Shown: positions 24,585 through 38,074, counted from the first letter of the whole stretch. The stretch: 63,762 nt of DNA, filler included, from Reticulomyxa filosa (GCA_000512085.1; 20 parts of 20 records of this genome joined end to end with filler, not necessarily neighbours in it); one strand, 5' to 3'. Program-made: numbers and translations. Notes: a model not told the origin generated them from the sequence alone.

Positions 24585-25598
24585 GTTATTAATGTTGACA
24601 AAATTAGTAAGTTTAATTTTAAAAAAAAGGGATTTGTGAAAAAACTTTTTAAACAAGTAAAACGGAAAACCTTTTCGAGTGGCCTTAGAAAAACAAAATT
24701 AAGTATTTTATCAAAAGAATTTTACATTGATGTGTGTAGAGCAAGCTCCTACTGCAGATAGCCGAACTCTGAAGGGCCTGAGGAGTCCCCATTAGGTTAA
24801 ACTATTTAGACATTCAAATAGATTTGATTGCTAAATCAAAAGATTAAAATTTAAGATTTTATTAAATTACAATAGTCTAATTTTTTAAATTACATTTGGA
24901 AGAATTGAAATTAATATCTTGAATAAACTATCTTAATGTAGTGACACTACTTACGCCACAATAGAGTCAGTATTACTCGAAATATTTCAATTTTCTTTTT
25001 AATTGAGTTTCACAAAATTCATTTTTACTTTTCTTAAAACTTACATTCCCGTTCAGATTCTCTACATTAACAGTGACAGAAATAGTCTAGCAAACTGCTC
25101 CTACAAGAATAACAAGATAATAAATACATTTATAAGATATTGTCACTATCATTTTTATTCTGTGTATAAATATGAATTACAAAGTGCTACTGTTAACTAT
25201 ACTTCAGTATATAATTTTTCATTAAATGTATAAAACAGAAAAATTAATGACATTAATTTTTCTTTCTATTGAATTTAATCTCGCAAAAGCGCAATAACTA
25301 AAAAACGCAACCATTATCCGTATATGCTCAATCAAAAAAGTTGACGAGAATTAACACTTCTTTCTAATGAAGACATTCACTTTGCTAGAGATACTTGTGC
25401 AAACGGTGTGCAACTTGCTGATACTGCTCAGCTAATATTTTCTTGCAACATTAAAGCAAAATAGCAAGTAGAACACGCAAATATCATAATGGCCAATAAA
25501 AACAGAATTATATTGTAACCGGCATTGTGAACAAACGTTTTCTTTGGTGATCCCTTAAAAATTTTTTATATATTAACGCATTTGATTGGAGGAAACAA

Positions 25599-26907
25599 AT
25601 GAAGTCAAATTCTGAAGTGGCAGAGTCCAAACAAATGACATTGGCATGGATTATTTTTGTGATGTTGTATTGGACCGGCTTCACAATAATACCAGCCATA
25701 GCGTTAGTTGACTTGGATAGATACCCTTTTTGGACATGGATTTTCGGGATGATAGGCACAATGTCGTGCTACTATGCATTAAAAGCTGGGTAAGTCCAAG
25801 TCTCAAAGAAGCAAAACGAAGAAAGCAAACAAGTGCATTGGGCTGAGAGAGCATGATTTGTTTTTTTTTGAAAGTGTGGTTCAATTAAAACAACAACAAA
25901 CCTGGGGGGGAAAAAATATAGATATTCTGCAGACTCATTTCGTGGAAAACCGATAGTTGCCTTTACAACGTTGGCGATGAGTTGCGATTGGTCGGCAAGT
26001 GCGTACGACGGAATACAAGGGACATTGCATTGGTTCGGTGGCGTACGTATGTTTTTTCATGCCGCGGCAATGTTGTGGGCGACAGTGTTTTTTTACAAAA
26101 CGGGAGTTGATTCCAAAAGCAAGCTTATGGTCTGGTCGTCGTTGGTTCTTGAGTGGGTCGATTTGATTTTCATGTGTGTTGTCATTGTCCTTTTGAACCA
26201 CATCACCGGTATTTTTTTTTTTTAAAAGGGGGAGAGTTTATTGTCATCAAGACTTTTTTTTTTGAAAGGTTCCAAAAAAAAAAAATTTATGTGTACGTAG
26301 TTCTGCCAAAAGCTTTTACAAAAATAATAAGAATTATTAAAAAAGGGGGGGGGGGGTAAAGAAATATATATGGTATGTAAAATTATACATGTATACATAC
26401 TTATATAATTTAAATAGATGGCTGTTTCCACAGTTCGGTGTGTGAGGGCTATTACAGTGTATTGACGATCTTTATGGTCGTTTGGTTTTTGCCAATAATG
26501 TTTGGACAAGCAGTGACCAGCAAGGCAATGCATATCCATCTCATTGTGTTGGATAGCGTTACTCACTTGCCTCTGGTAGTAACGGTCATTATTACCAAGG
26601 GATTCAAAATTCACTGGTTCGTCTTTGTCGACATCGCTTACAAGTTGATTCTTTTATTACGTGCCTACGGTTACCACGGATTTTATCAACTTATTGTCAA
26701 GTTTTGTTTCATTCTGCATACATTGCTATAGTAGTAGTAGTGCCTTGTCATTTTAACTTTTTTAATCTTTGTTTTTTTAGTCGTGATGAAGTCGAGAAAC
26801 AAGATCGCGCGGAGCAAAAAATAGTCGATGATGATAATGAACCAAGTACTGGAGATAAAGAAGTCAAACAAACGGATACAAAAACAGACGCTACTTTTGC
26901 TGAGTGA
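25599..26907 (+). CDS. Hypothetical multi-pass membrane protein (about 7-8 TM), four exons
   Basis: Hydrophobic exons at 25599-25789, about 25933-26208 and about 26418-26700, then a charged tail 26781-26907. GT-AG introns; the first junction needs a 1-nt homopolymer correction. Confidence 0.65.
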
Positions 26908-27877
26908 TCCAACTTTTTTTTTTTGCGTTCAATGCCATCTTTGTAGAAAAGGAGCAAAGATAATGCTTACACCAATAGTGAGTGGTTTTGTTTTTTTGTT
27001 TTGGTTTTGTGCCGCCATGGCCGACTTGAATGCTCAAATTTGTGTAAGTTTGTAAGAAATTTTGAACTAATCAAACCTGCAAAAAAAATCAGAAGTTGTT
27101 ACTTTGCAACTGACCAAGTTGTTTATAAGCTTTTTAGTTTATATGGTTTGTTCTTATTACCTGGTTTTTTTTTTGTTACCGTGTGCCAACTTATGTCCCC
27201 TTTGCGAAAGCAAAGTAGGTATGCATTCTTCCTTTTCGACCATAGTGAGGTTTATTTTGTTGGAAGAATAAATTTACACTTGTCTCGCTGATCATGTGTT
27301 GTTCTATTCATGTCAAGTAGCAGTTGCCAAACTAATGCTATCCATACTATTGAAGATATATCTTCAATAATAACATATTTACAGTTCTTTTGTGAATGCA
27401 AATAAGAAATGAATATGTTAACACGCAACACCACGTGCTACACTTAGCACCCGGCTTTGCACAGTAAGGATAGCCCGACCGCAAAAATTGTTCATAAAAT
27501 CTATTGTACCACACGATATCTTCATGTCAGACCATGCGTTTTACATGGCCTGTTAGCCTTCTTACATTTATATTTGAGTTCTTCCGACGATTTATTCCTC
27601 TATGTGATATACAGTATGTTGCAAAGAAAACTGAACGCCTAAAACATATCTTATGATGATAATTGATTTTCTAAATGAAAAATCAACATTTAGGCCTAAT
27701 TTTTTTTTTAAAAAATATCTACAAGTCTTGTAGTTTTTAAATATGATATTGATTTTTTAATAAATTTTTTTTTTGTTNNNNNNNNNNNNNNNNNNNNNNN
27801 NNNNNNNNNNNNNNNNNNNNNTTAATTAATTAANNNNNNNNNNNNNNNNNNNNNNNNNNNNNNNNNNNNNNNNNNNN

Positions 27878-28993
27878 AATGCGTGGTACACGTATGCGTG
27901 TTCAAAGATTGGAAACGATTGGAAAGTCACTAAAACTGTTAAGAAAATTTTTTTTTTTTTTTTTTTTTAAATAAATACGTATAAAAAAAAAAAAAAAAAA
28001 TGTATGTACATATATATGTACATACATACATATATAGAAATACACTGATGACATGTGCGGTTCGATCGGAACTGAAGTTGCAGTATGGAACACAGGAGAA
28101 AGTGCAGAAGGTTATCCAGGATACTTTTTGTGTTCAGGACTAAACAACTTTGTCAAAGTTGAATTTTCCCTTATCTCGAATTGTGCAAGTACACAAACTG
28201 TTTATGCCGGATTGGGTGGTTGTGCTTTGAACTCAATTGGAACCAAGTTAAAATAGTGAACGTCTGGGAAGGGGGGGGAGAGAATACGCGGAGAATTAAA
28301 AAAAAAAAAGTAGTTTGTTTTTTTTGTTTGAAATAGGTTCTATTGCGACAATGAGAAGGCATTGATTGAATTATTCTTTATCTTATTATCCAACCCGTCG
28401 TATGTTGGTTACCTCGACTGACGTTGAATCGTTGTCGTCGTCGACTGAGATGGAGTCATCGACTAATACGGAATTGTCTTCAACTCAGGCTGAATGGTCG
28501 TCGTCGTCGACTGCAAGTGAAAGCTCAACGAGTTTGGCCACCACCACGACTGGTGCTCCTTTGCTTTGTAACAACGATTTGTATTGCGATGCCTGGGTAT
28601 TTGGATCGACCTGCAAAAAAATTTTTGTTTTCATCGAGTCTGGTAACAATGAAGTCAATGTTTACGGAAAAGTTATGGACATCATTAATTAATTAATTAT
28701 TTGGACATTTTTTTTGTCCGACGTATACAAATTTAAAACTGTGCTGTTTGTTTGTCCTTTTTTCCAAATAGTTCGATCGATGCAGCATTGAACAACAAAC
28801 GACAATTGTTGACACTACAGCTGTTGGCGGTCACACTACAGCTGTTAGCGGTCATACTACAGCTGTTGGCGGTCATACTACAGTTGTTGACAACGCTACT
28901 ACAGTTGTTGATAGCACCAATAGTGCTTCCTCACTCTTTGTTATCACCAATTTGACCGTAGCTGTTGTCCTTGTCTTATTTTCTTTGCTCTAA
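27878..28993 (+). CDS. Putative GPI-anchored Cys-containing, Ser/Thr-rich surface protein, 5'-partial
   Basis: Cys-spaced exons and a Ser/Thr stalk. Last exon 28772-28993 (absent from the ORF track in this frame) reads FDRCS...HTTAVGG repeats...TNSASSLFVITNLTVAVVLVLFSLL-stop: small-residue site plus hydrophobic C-terminus. Confidence 0.7.
28811..28915 (+). repeat. 21-nt coding tandem repeat x5 (xTTAVGG / xTTVVDx)
   Basis: Units start at 28811, 28832, 28853, 28874 and 28895. Confidence 0.9.
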
Positions 28994-29374
28994 ATTTGGA
29001 CTTTGGAAAAACAAGTCTTTTTTTTTNNNNNNNNNNNNNNNNNNNNNNNNNNNNNNNNNNNNNNNNNNNNTTAATTAATTAANNNNNNNNNNNNNNNNNN
29101 NNNNNNNNNNNNNNNNNNNNNNNNNNACCAAAATGATATTTAAAAACTACACGATTTGTATATATTTTTTTTAAAAAAATTTTGATTAAATGTTGTTTTT
29201 TCATGGAGAAACACAATTATCTATATAAGGTGGCATTTATGTGTAAACTTTCTTTTTTATAATAAATGAGTTATCAATAACTTGACTGTCAAATTGACTA
29301 TTACAACATCTTTATAATCTTTATGAAAATATAAAATATTTCAAGATTTTGATGACTAAGTTTGTTTGAAAAAT

Positions 29375-30148
29375 TTATATACAACTCCATTTTGCATGAG
29401 TTGAAGGTAATTCTCGATTTTGTTTTTCAACCTCAACATTGATGGTATTTTTGAATTTGTTTTGCTTTTGTTGTCTGTACAGTCAATTTTTTCATTAATC
29501 AATATTTACGATATGTATATTTATATGTACATAAATATATACAAATAGACGAAACAATGTTTTGACTGAATTTTCAAGGAATAATCCAAACAAATCAATC
29601 ATGCCAGCGCCAGTTTTAGCAGATGTCTCAATATGACTAATATTGTGTAATTTTGCATAAGGCAAAGCTTCGTTAAGTGACACTTGTCTGTCTTCTACAA
29701 GATCGCATTTGTTGCCGATCAGTACAATGATTGCGTCATCTCTAGCGTATCGTTCCACTTCGGTAAACCATATGTGCAGATTTTTGAATGAATCTCGATT
29801 TGTCACATCATAAACAATGCCTATCGCATCCCCACGCAAATAGCTATTTAGAATATTGGATGTTGATTTCTATACATATAATATTAACTCAACGACTTCA
29901 AATAAAGAAAAAAGCCAAGCAACATTAAATTACACCTGAATGCTCCACATATGAAGCCGAATAGTTTTGTCAAATACTTTCACTGTTTTTATTTCAAGCT
30001 CAGCAACTGAGGTGCCGACAGGCTTTGCGTCCCATTCGTTTCGGGCAAAACGCTTCAATATTGATGCTTTTCCAACATTATTATCTCCAATTAATGTTAT
30101 CCTGATCAAATGATCATATCCATTGTCATTAATCTTCTCTTCAGCCAT
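29375..30148 (-). CDS. Divergent Rab (Rab1/Rab8-like) small GTPase-fold protein, three exons
   Basis: YDHLIRITLIGDNNVGKAS; intron 29935-29870; IVYDVTNRDSF, LIGNKCDL, ETSAKT; last exon ends ...KWSCI-stop at 29375. Confidence 0.85.
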
Positions 30149-30471
30149 TTATTTATTTCAAAAAAATAAGTATTATGATATATTAGAGATTTTTTTATTT
30201 TCTGTTTTAGTCCCTCGTTCTGTGAATAGATTGGCAATACCACCTTGCAGTTAAAAAATTGCACAGAAATAACATTAAAAACTTTTAGAAGGATTATCAG
30301 CATAAAATGAATAGATATCAAATATAGTTACGAGTATAAAAAAAAAGGGCAAATATAATTACTGCTGGCCATGACAAAGCTTTAATGAGTGAATAAATTC
30401 GCTTTTCTGGAATAAAAACAAATGTATGGACACCTGGTTTGAGAAAACAGTGTTAAGGGGTGTTTCAGAAA

Positions 30472-31813
30472 ATGAATGGGGGTCAAGAAGGGATAATAAT
30501 GAGTCAAAGTATGAAAAGAGCAAGAGAGGTAGATGATGATGGTGAAAGGACTTTTGCAAACAAGCGGCAGCGTTTGTGTGATAGTCCTTCGATTGGCGTG
30601 ACTTCCACTTTCTCAAAACTTGCACTTTCAGTGGCGAATGAAGAGTCGGCGCAGAAGTCAAAGGAGAGAGTGTTTAGCGATGTATCGAACCGCGCAAGAG
30701 ACCAAGGATTTATGGTGTCAGAAAATGGGAATAGTAGTAAATTCAGCAGATATCAAGAGCAGTACGTGCAAGAGATCGAAGTGACGGGCTGCATTCACAA
30801 GGTGGCATACCCTCCGATAATGGAAAGCCAAATGAAGACAAAGGAGGAAGAGATAGCAAGTATGGTGTCAGAAACGGAGGAAAAGCTGAGTAAGCGAATC
30901 GAAGTACCAGCAAGAGAGTACAAATATACATTGGACGTGTACCAATCGCAATCAATAAGCTGTATCGAAGCCTTGCACAATGTATTAGTAGCAGCACACA
31001 CGAGTGCAGGCAAGACGACAGTGGCCGAGTATGCAATCGCAAAAGCGCTAAAAGAGCAGCAGCGAGTGATTTACACATCGCCAATTAAAGCATTGTCGAA
31101 CCAAAAATATAGACAATTGCAAGAAGATTTTAGCGACGTCGGATTGATAACGGGAGATATAGCACTCAATCGCGAAGCAGGATGTCTAGTGATGACGACC
31201 GAAATCTTACGAAACATGTTGTACCGAGGAGCGGAAATGATCCGCGAAATTGCGTGGGTGATTTTCGATGAAATACATTATTTGAAAGACCCTTCCCGAG
31301 GAGTGGTTTGGGAAGAGACATTGATTCTATTGCCACCACAAGCACGTTTTGTGTTTCTCAGCGCCACCATTCCCAACAGTCTCGAGTTTGCCAAGTGGAT
31401 CGCCAAGTTGAATGGACATCCTTGCCATGTCATTTACACCGAGTTACGTCCCGTCCCATTGCAACACTATCTCTTCCCCGCCGGAGGAGATGGCATCCAT
31501 CTGGTCGTGGATTACAAAGGCAAGTTCCGAGACGCCAACTTCATGAAGGCCTTGTCGCAAATCCAGTCGTCGACACAAGAGGGATGTCAACAGCTCCAAG
31601 GCCACACAGGAGACGGTACTGTCTTTGCGTCGGAGCAGCTGCTCGAACAGCAGGCCAAAGACAAGATGGCACTCAGCAATCGAAACGAAGACGTCTTCAG
31701 ATTAGTTAAAATGATCATGAATCGAGGATTGACCCTTGATTGTTTTTGCATTTAATAAAAGAGAAGTGGATCAATTGGCATCGGAAATTAAACGGTTGGA
31801 TTTTTAATAATGG
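30472..31813 (+). CDS. MTR4: Ski2-like DExH RNA helicase MTR4 (MTREX), 3'-partial
   Basis: [66 protein letters not shown]. Continues after a frameshift near 31735 as [12 protein letters not shown]. Confidence 0.92.
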
Positions 31814-31864
31814 GTATTTATATGTATGTATACGTATACATATATATATTATACATATATATAC

Positions 31865-31897
<33 letters not shown>

Positions 31898-31997
31898 NNN
31901 NNNNNNNNNNNNNNNNNNNNNNNNNNNNNNNNNNNNNNNNNTTAATTAATTAANNNNNNNNNNNNNNNNNNNNNNNNNNNNNNNNNNNNNNNNNNNN

Positions 31998-32634
31998 TTT
32001 TTTTTAATAATTTTAAACAAAGTTCGTAATAATCTTTATATTCCGGCTTATAAGCATCAATAAATGCAAAATCAAATGTTCCAATTTCTGAATTATTATT
32101 TGTTAATTCTTTTAATTTATCTATTCCTTTACCAATACGTAAATCTACTTTTCCATTTACCCCTTCTTTTTTCCAAAAATCACGTGCAACTTTTGTATAT
32201 TCATCGCTAATATCAATTGCAATTAATTTCCCGTCTTTTGGTAATCCATTTGCTATCGCCAATGAAGAAGATCCTGTAAATACACCAACTTCTATTGCTT
32301 TTTTTACATTTAATGTTGATATCAACCATCGAAAAAAATATAATTGCGCTAAGTCTGTTACCATCATTGCTTCTTTTGGAAATCTTTTTTCCGTTTCTTT
32401 CGTTATTTCTTCAAATGCTTTAATTTCACGATTTCCTTTTTGATTTAAATAATCTCGAAGTCCTGCATCAGTTATTTTGATATCTGTTCCAATTGTCCCA
32501 TTTTTTACATTTCCTTCTGTTGTTAGACCTACAAATCCACGTTTTATCCATTGAGAATTTTTGCTGTGACGCAAAAATGTAACTCTCGCTCCGGCTCCTG
32601 CTACAAATCTCGTTGTCAACTTTACTAAAGACAT
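31998..32634 (-). CDS. Class I SAM-dependent O-methyltransferase (CCoAOMT/COMTD1-like), 3'-partial
   Basis: IEVGVFTGSS SAM-binding motif and FDFAFIDA.K; Arg-rich, acid-free N-terminus suggests a mitochondrial transit peptide. Confidence 0.92.
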
Positions 32635-33144
32635 CTTTTGTAATTCTATTACCGCGCCAACGCTCTCTTTTCAAATTATCAATACTGTGTCACGACACCA
32701 AGGAAAATTTGGCGAGTTATAGACTTTTTTTCTGACAAAAACTATTTTTTGCAAACACCCTTTTATTGGCAGTTTTTTTCGTATTTGATCATTTCACTAC
32801 AAACATTTTTTACTGCAAATTAAAGTCAGTCATAATGTGTGTTGTGCTATATATGAGTTTTTCTGTTCATTGTACGATCAACAAAGATTGCCTCTGGCAA
32901 CAATTGGCCAAATATTGGAAATGGCAAAGACATAAAATAAAAAAAGCAATAGCAAGAACTTATCTGACAAAATCAACGAGTCTAACATACAAACAAAGAC
33001 GCGTTTTGCGACTTACAATCACAAAAAAAAAAACATTTTAAATTCAGCCAAACCAGAAAAAAAGAAGAAAGAAAAAAAGCATTCACACACACATACAAAA
33101 AAAAACACAGGAAACCAGTGTTAAAGGAAAAAAAAAAAAAAAAA

Positions 33145-35953
33145 TTACGTAGACAACTTTTGCGAAGATGTAACATGACTCCAAGTGGAGTTGACAGTAC
33201 CAATAACGGAGCCAACAAAGCCTGGCCATGAATTTTCGGAAATGGAAGGGAGCGCGGGCTGAAAATTGGAAGGAGAGCGATTGGATGAAGACGTGCGATG
33301 TCTAGTAACTTCTTGTTGCAAAAGTTGATTGTCAAAGCGCAAATGATCGACTAAGTTTTGGAGTCTGACCATAGCCGTGACCTTGCTCTTTGCACATTCT
33401 TTGATGTGTTCTTCCATTTCCTTTCTCTCTTGTTCCAGCTTGTGTATTTTGGCCTGCAACTGTTCGTTGTGTGACTTCAGTTCGCCCTCGCGTTCATTGT
33501 ACTTGTACTCGTCATGAGAAAGACGAATGCTGTCAGCCTCAGTCTTCTTGTTGCTACCGCCGTTATTGGTGTTATTGTCATGAAGCATCTGTTCGAACAA
33601 CGCCATGATTTCAGGCATGAGTTCCTTGCGAAATGCGCCCATGATGGAGTCTGTGTTCAAAGATTGGTTTTGTGCACCATTGTCAGTGTTTTGTTTATCC
33701 TTGTCATTGGCATTGTTGTCATTGGCGTTGTTGTTGTTGTTGTTATTATTATTGTTGTTATTATTGTTGTTGTTGTTGTTGTTAGCATTGTCGGCATCAA
33801 CCTTGTCAAATAAAAGCTGCTTAATTTGTTGAATGACCTCTGTCGTAATTTCATCTTTGATCTTCAACATTGTTTCTTCAATATCTTCTTTTTGACTGCG
33901 CTCATTTTCACGTTGAACATTGTTATTGTTATTATTGCTATTCTTGTTTGTGGCATGAGCTAATGTCTGAGATATTTCTTTTTCGAGCGCGATTTGAAGA
34001 GCAGTCAATTGATTGCTCAAAGTGTTTTCCACAAAAGTTTTGAGTTCCTCCATCACGACTTTTTGCAATTGGGACTGATCTTGCACTTGGCCCTGACTAT
34101 GCTTTTCGTGACTGACTCGCATTTCCTCCATGGCATGTCGCATGCTCTGCGTCAAAGTGTTTTGATCGGACATGTGCTGTTGGATTTTCAGTTCAAGATT
34201 GTGGGATAGCGAGTCCAGCATCGATTGGATATGGTCGTTATCGACATTGGGCATACGTGTTTGGATTGCATCAAACTCTTGGCTGAACATAACTTTGAGA
34301 CGTTCGACGAGGCCATTGTTGCTGAATTCGTTTAGCGCTTCGGTTAGTTTTTCTTGAATCACACGATGACTAGACTCGAGTTGTGTCTTGAGGACATCTA
34401 ATGAAAATGATTGCTGTCGCTGCATTGAATGTCGATTGTGCTCATGACCACTACTTGCATAGTTATTGTTATTGTTATTGTTATTGTTATTGTCATTGAT
34501 AGTAGCAGTCATTGGAGTAACAGCTTCAGCCATTGCCATATCATCAGTGGCGATGGAATCCGTACGATTGAATTCGTGGAACAAATTATCATCCATCGAT
34601 TGTCCCGAGTTTTTGGATTTGTGTTTGGCGAATCTGGCTGACATTTTTTTATCAATCGTCGTCGATGTCGGCGTAGTATTGGAGTGATGAGTGATAATAT
34701 CTTGTGACACTCGCTGCATACCTGCGGCATTGGCTGTTGCACCGCCTGCAGCAACAGCAGCAGCAGCAGCAGCGCGGTTTTGGAAATTACGTTTTCGAAT
34801 GCCTGACGACGTGGCTGCAGCCGAAGACGATGACGCTGACGCCGACGATGCAGGATCGATGCTATCGGCGTTACCATGCTCATCGTCTTGACCTAACATC
34901 TCCATAGCGTTGTCCGCAAAATCGGCGTGCATATCAAGGAATTGGCTTTCACTGGCTTTCAATTGCTGAAGCAAATCCTGATTCTCTTTAGTCAATGCGT
35001 TAACTTTCTCTTCCAATGTTATAATGAGATCTTCTGCTTCTTGCATTTCTTGCTCCGCTTCTTCTCGGATCTTTTCGTTCTCTTCTTCCAATTGCGTCTT
35101 CACTTTCGATATCTCCATTATCGTCTGCTGCTGCTTCTTCAGAGATACGTTCTGCTTTTCAAACAACGACTTATAATGTTGCATCTGGTCTTGCGTCCTA
35201 ATCAGCTCCTCATTCAACTGCTCCGCGTGCAAGTGCGTCGCCTGCAACTCTTCTTGCGCTGTTCGATTGTCCATTTGCGCACTGTCCAATAAAGCTTCCT
35301 TTCGTCCCAACTCTTGAATTCGAGCTTGCAATCGCTGGACGTCATCTCTACATACTCCCATTTCCAATTCCATTTGGCTTTTTGTATATTCCATTTCTTC
35401 CAATTTTGATTCCAATTGGTATTTTGTCTCGCCTGCTTTTGCTCTTTCCATATCCAATTCTCGTTCCAGCTCTTCGATTCTTCCATCTTGTTCCGTTATC
35501 GCTCCTTGCATCATTACAATCATTTCTTGCATTTCTGGGGGCAATTGTTTTAACGTCTCCGGCTTTGCGCAACAATCAAAAAAAATATTTTTTTTTTTTT
35601 TGGAGGGGGAGAGGGGGGAGGAGGGGAAATGGAAGAAAAAAAAATTAAAGTCATCGAACAAAAAAAAAAAAATATATATATATATATGTATATATATAAT
35701 ATTAAAACAACCAAACCTCTTGTTCTATATTTTGAAGCGATTGCCTCATATGGGAAACAGAGTGGGTGGGGTGTGAAGGCGCCTCTTTTTGAAAATGGCC
35801 CAAACGAGACGTTGTTACCGTATGGGAACGTGTGCGAAACGGTGCACTGTCTTGCGCGCTCGATCCGTCTGCAAATTCCGAATCGAATTGATTTGAATCG
35901 TCCATGTAATGATCACCTCTTCGTTTCGAAACTGGAGACGATCCTGATGACAT
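33145..35953 (-). CDS. Large coiled-coil protein with poly-Asn tracts
   Basis: Exon 1 from ATG 35953 (MSSGSSPV...IEQE|gt), intron to about 35563, then a long coiled-coil exon of about 800 codons. Confidence 0.8.
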
Positions 35954-37188
35954 AGCTACTACTCTTGTTTTTTTTTTCTTTTTTTCTCCCTCTCTCAAAC
36001 GGCAAACCCAAAAAACATTTGTTACTCTTGCACATCCAATTTTATCAAAAACTTTTAAAAATTTCTCTTTTTTAGCAATTTGGTGGCTATGTTTTGGTGT
36101 TAACGTGCTTCGATGTAAGATGTTCATTTAAATTTCTAGATCTGATTTGCTGTTTGGCTTTTTAATTTTTGTTTATAACTCTGCTTTTTTTGTCTCATTT
36201 CTACAATTTTAATGGTTTTTATTTGAAGCGATATAACAAGGTAGCTAGAGTCGTTAAAAAAACTATTTCTTAAAAGCACGTGTTGCAACAATTTTGTTTG
36301 GGCCCAGGTAAAAGATAAAGTTGCACAAGGACTGTTTGAGGAAAATTAAACTAGTGTTGGGATCAACACAAAACAACGATCAAATTTTTTTTTCCAATTG
36401 GCTCCACTGGGATCTCCTGCTCGTTGTGTAAACACACTCAGTATTTGCCTTGATCATGTTTTCATTTCTAAATCTCAGCAAAGCTTCATACAATTTCTCT
36501 TCACTCCTGTGCTCGCAGTACAGACCAACAACAGCAATTTGTTAACATTCTAACTTTTTCGTGTTTTTTTGACAAAAAAAGGAATTTAAAAACGTTCAAA
36601 AAATTCCGTAAAACAAAAAAAAGAATCCGTAATAAATGAATAAAAACGAAACAAGTACTGGTTTTTTTTTGTTTTTTGCTTAAAAAAAAAGTAGCTTTTT
36701 TTCACATTGACGGAAAGCTGAAAAAGGCGTTACAAAATGTAATTGAACAAAAATGGCACATATTGTGTTTTGGAGAAATTTCTTTGAACTTCTCCAAGTA
36801 GCAAAATAATGAGTTTGAACTTTATATGAAAATAGTTTGTCTGTTTTGCTTAAATAAGTTACGTTTTAATCTTGAAAAAAAAGCTATACAGCAATTTTTT
36901 AATTATGTCGAAGTCGTCGTCTTGTAACAACAAGATAAAATTGACTATATTTGAAATATTTGGTTGGCAAGCATTTATTGCCAAAGAACAAGAGAATAAA
37001 TAAAATCTGTTCTTGTCAACAACGACAACGACGAAAACAATAATGAGGAGGTGTCGGTATTTTGCAAGTGGCAATGACGACATATCAGTGGACCGCTTGC
37101 AAAGAGAATATAAAAAATTTTTTCAAGATCTTTTGTCTGTTTCTATGTTGTTCAACATATAAATAATAGTACATGTGTGTTCAAAATA

Positions 37189-38074
37189 CAGTAGTTTGCA
37201 AAAAAAAAATTACAAAAAAAAAAGGGCTTTTTAGTATTTGACTTGTATATCTTTATTGAAAAGAGCTGAAATAAAAATAATTTTGTAGATACATAGACAA
37301 ATCACATACATCTTTACTATATGTTGTACTATCTTATCTCTTGCATTTATTTGAAAAGTTCTGCATACTTCTTTTTCATCATATTTGAAAAATTGAATAT
37401 TCAAAAAAAAACTATAATTAATTTTAAACTTTTTTTATTTGATAATATACTGACTAATATTAAAGTATTTGACGCACAATAAACACAAAAGAAAGTAAAA
37501 GCATTATGGTGAAGCAATGTGCTGAATTTACAAAGTGGCTTTGCAAATGCTTTTGGATGGAAAGTTTATGAGAAAAGTGGCAAAACACTTCAAGGTTGGC
37601 GTGATGACTGTCCAAAATTGGAAAAAAGCGTTTCAAAAAAACGGAAATATCAAGAAAGAATAGATCATGAAGAAAATAGATTTTTAGTGATAACATGCAC
37701 AAATGAGTGGTCGGGTGATTGTTAACTGAGAATTTGAAACTGCAAAGAACATACAAAGAGAACTGGAAAAAAATGACATCATATACTTAAATCAAAAATA
37801 AAAGCTTCTTTTAAACACAAGTTTAAACGTTTGTTAAATATATTATTTTTTATTTACAGTTCGATAGCGATGTAATAAAAAAATTTTTGTTACATAAAAA
37901 AAAATGCATGGTGTAAAAGCTAGATAAGATAGTACAACATATAGTAAAGATAGTCTGTGATTTGTCTATGTATCTACAAAATTATTTTTACTTTAGCTCT
38001 TTTCAATAAAGATATACAAGTCAAATACTAAAAAAGCCCTTTTTTTTGTGTAGTGTTTTTTGCAGTCCCACGTG
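37189..38074 (+). mobile_element. Non-autonomous Tc1/mariner-IS630-like DNA transposon with long TIRs and an HTH remnant
   Basis: Inverted repeat 37224-37339 vs 37922-38039 (3 substitutions, 2 indels by hand alignment). Left end is TA|CAGTAGTTTGCAAAA. Internal frame 37502-37663 reads YKVALQMLLDGKFMRKVAKHFKVGVMTVQNWKKAFQKNGNI, a transposase N-terminal HTH with stops. Right tip is degenerate. Confidence 0.85.

Noticed and set aside
27348-27369. Perfect 22-bp palindrome TATTGAAGATATATCTTCAATA
   Set aside because: Isolated, very AT-rich, with no second copy or associated feature seen.
28685-28696. TTAATTAATTAA without flanking Ns
   Set aside because: Lies inside an AT-rich intron of a gene whose exons continue on both sides; natural low-complexity match, not a linker.
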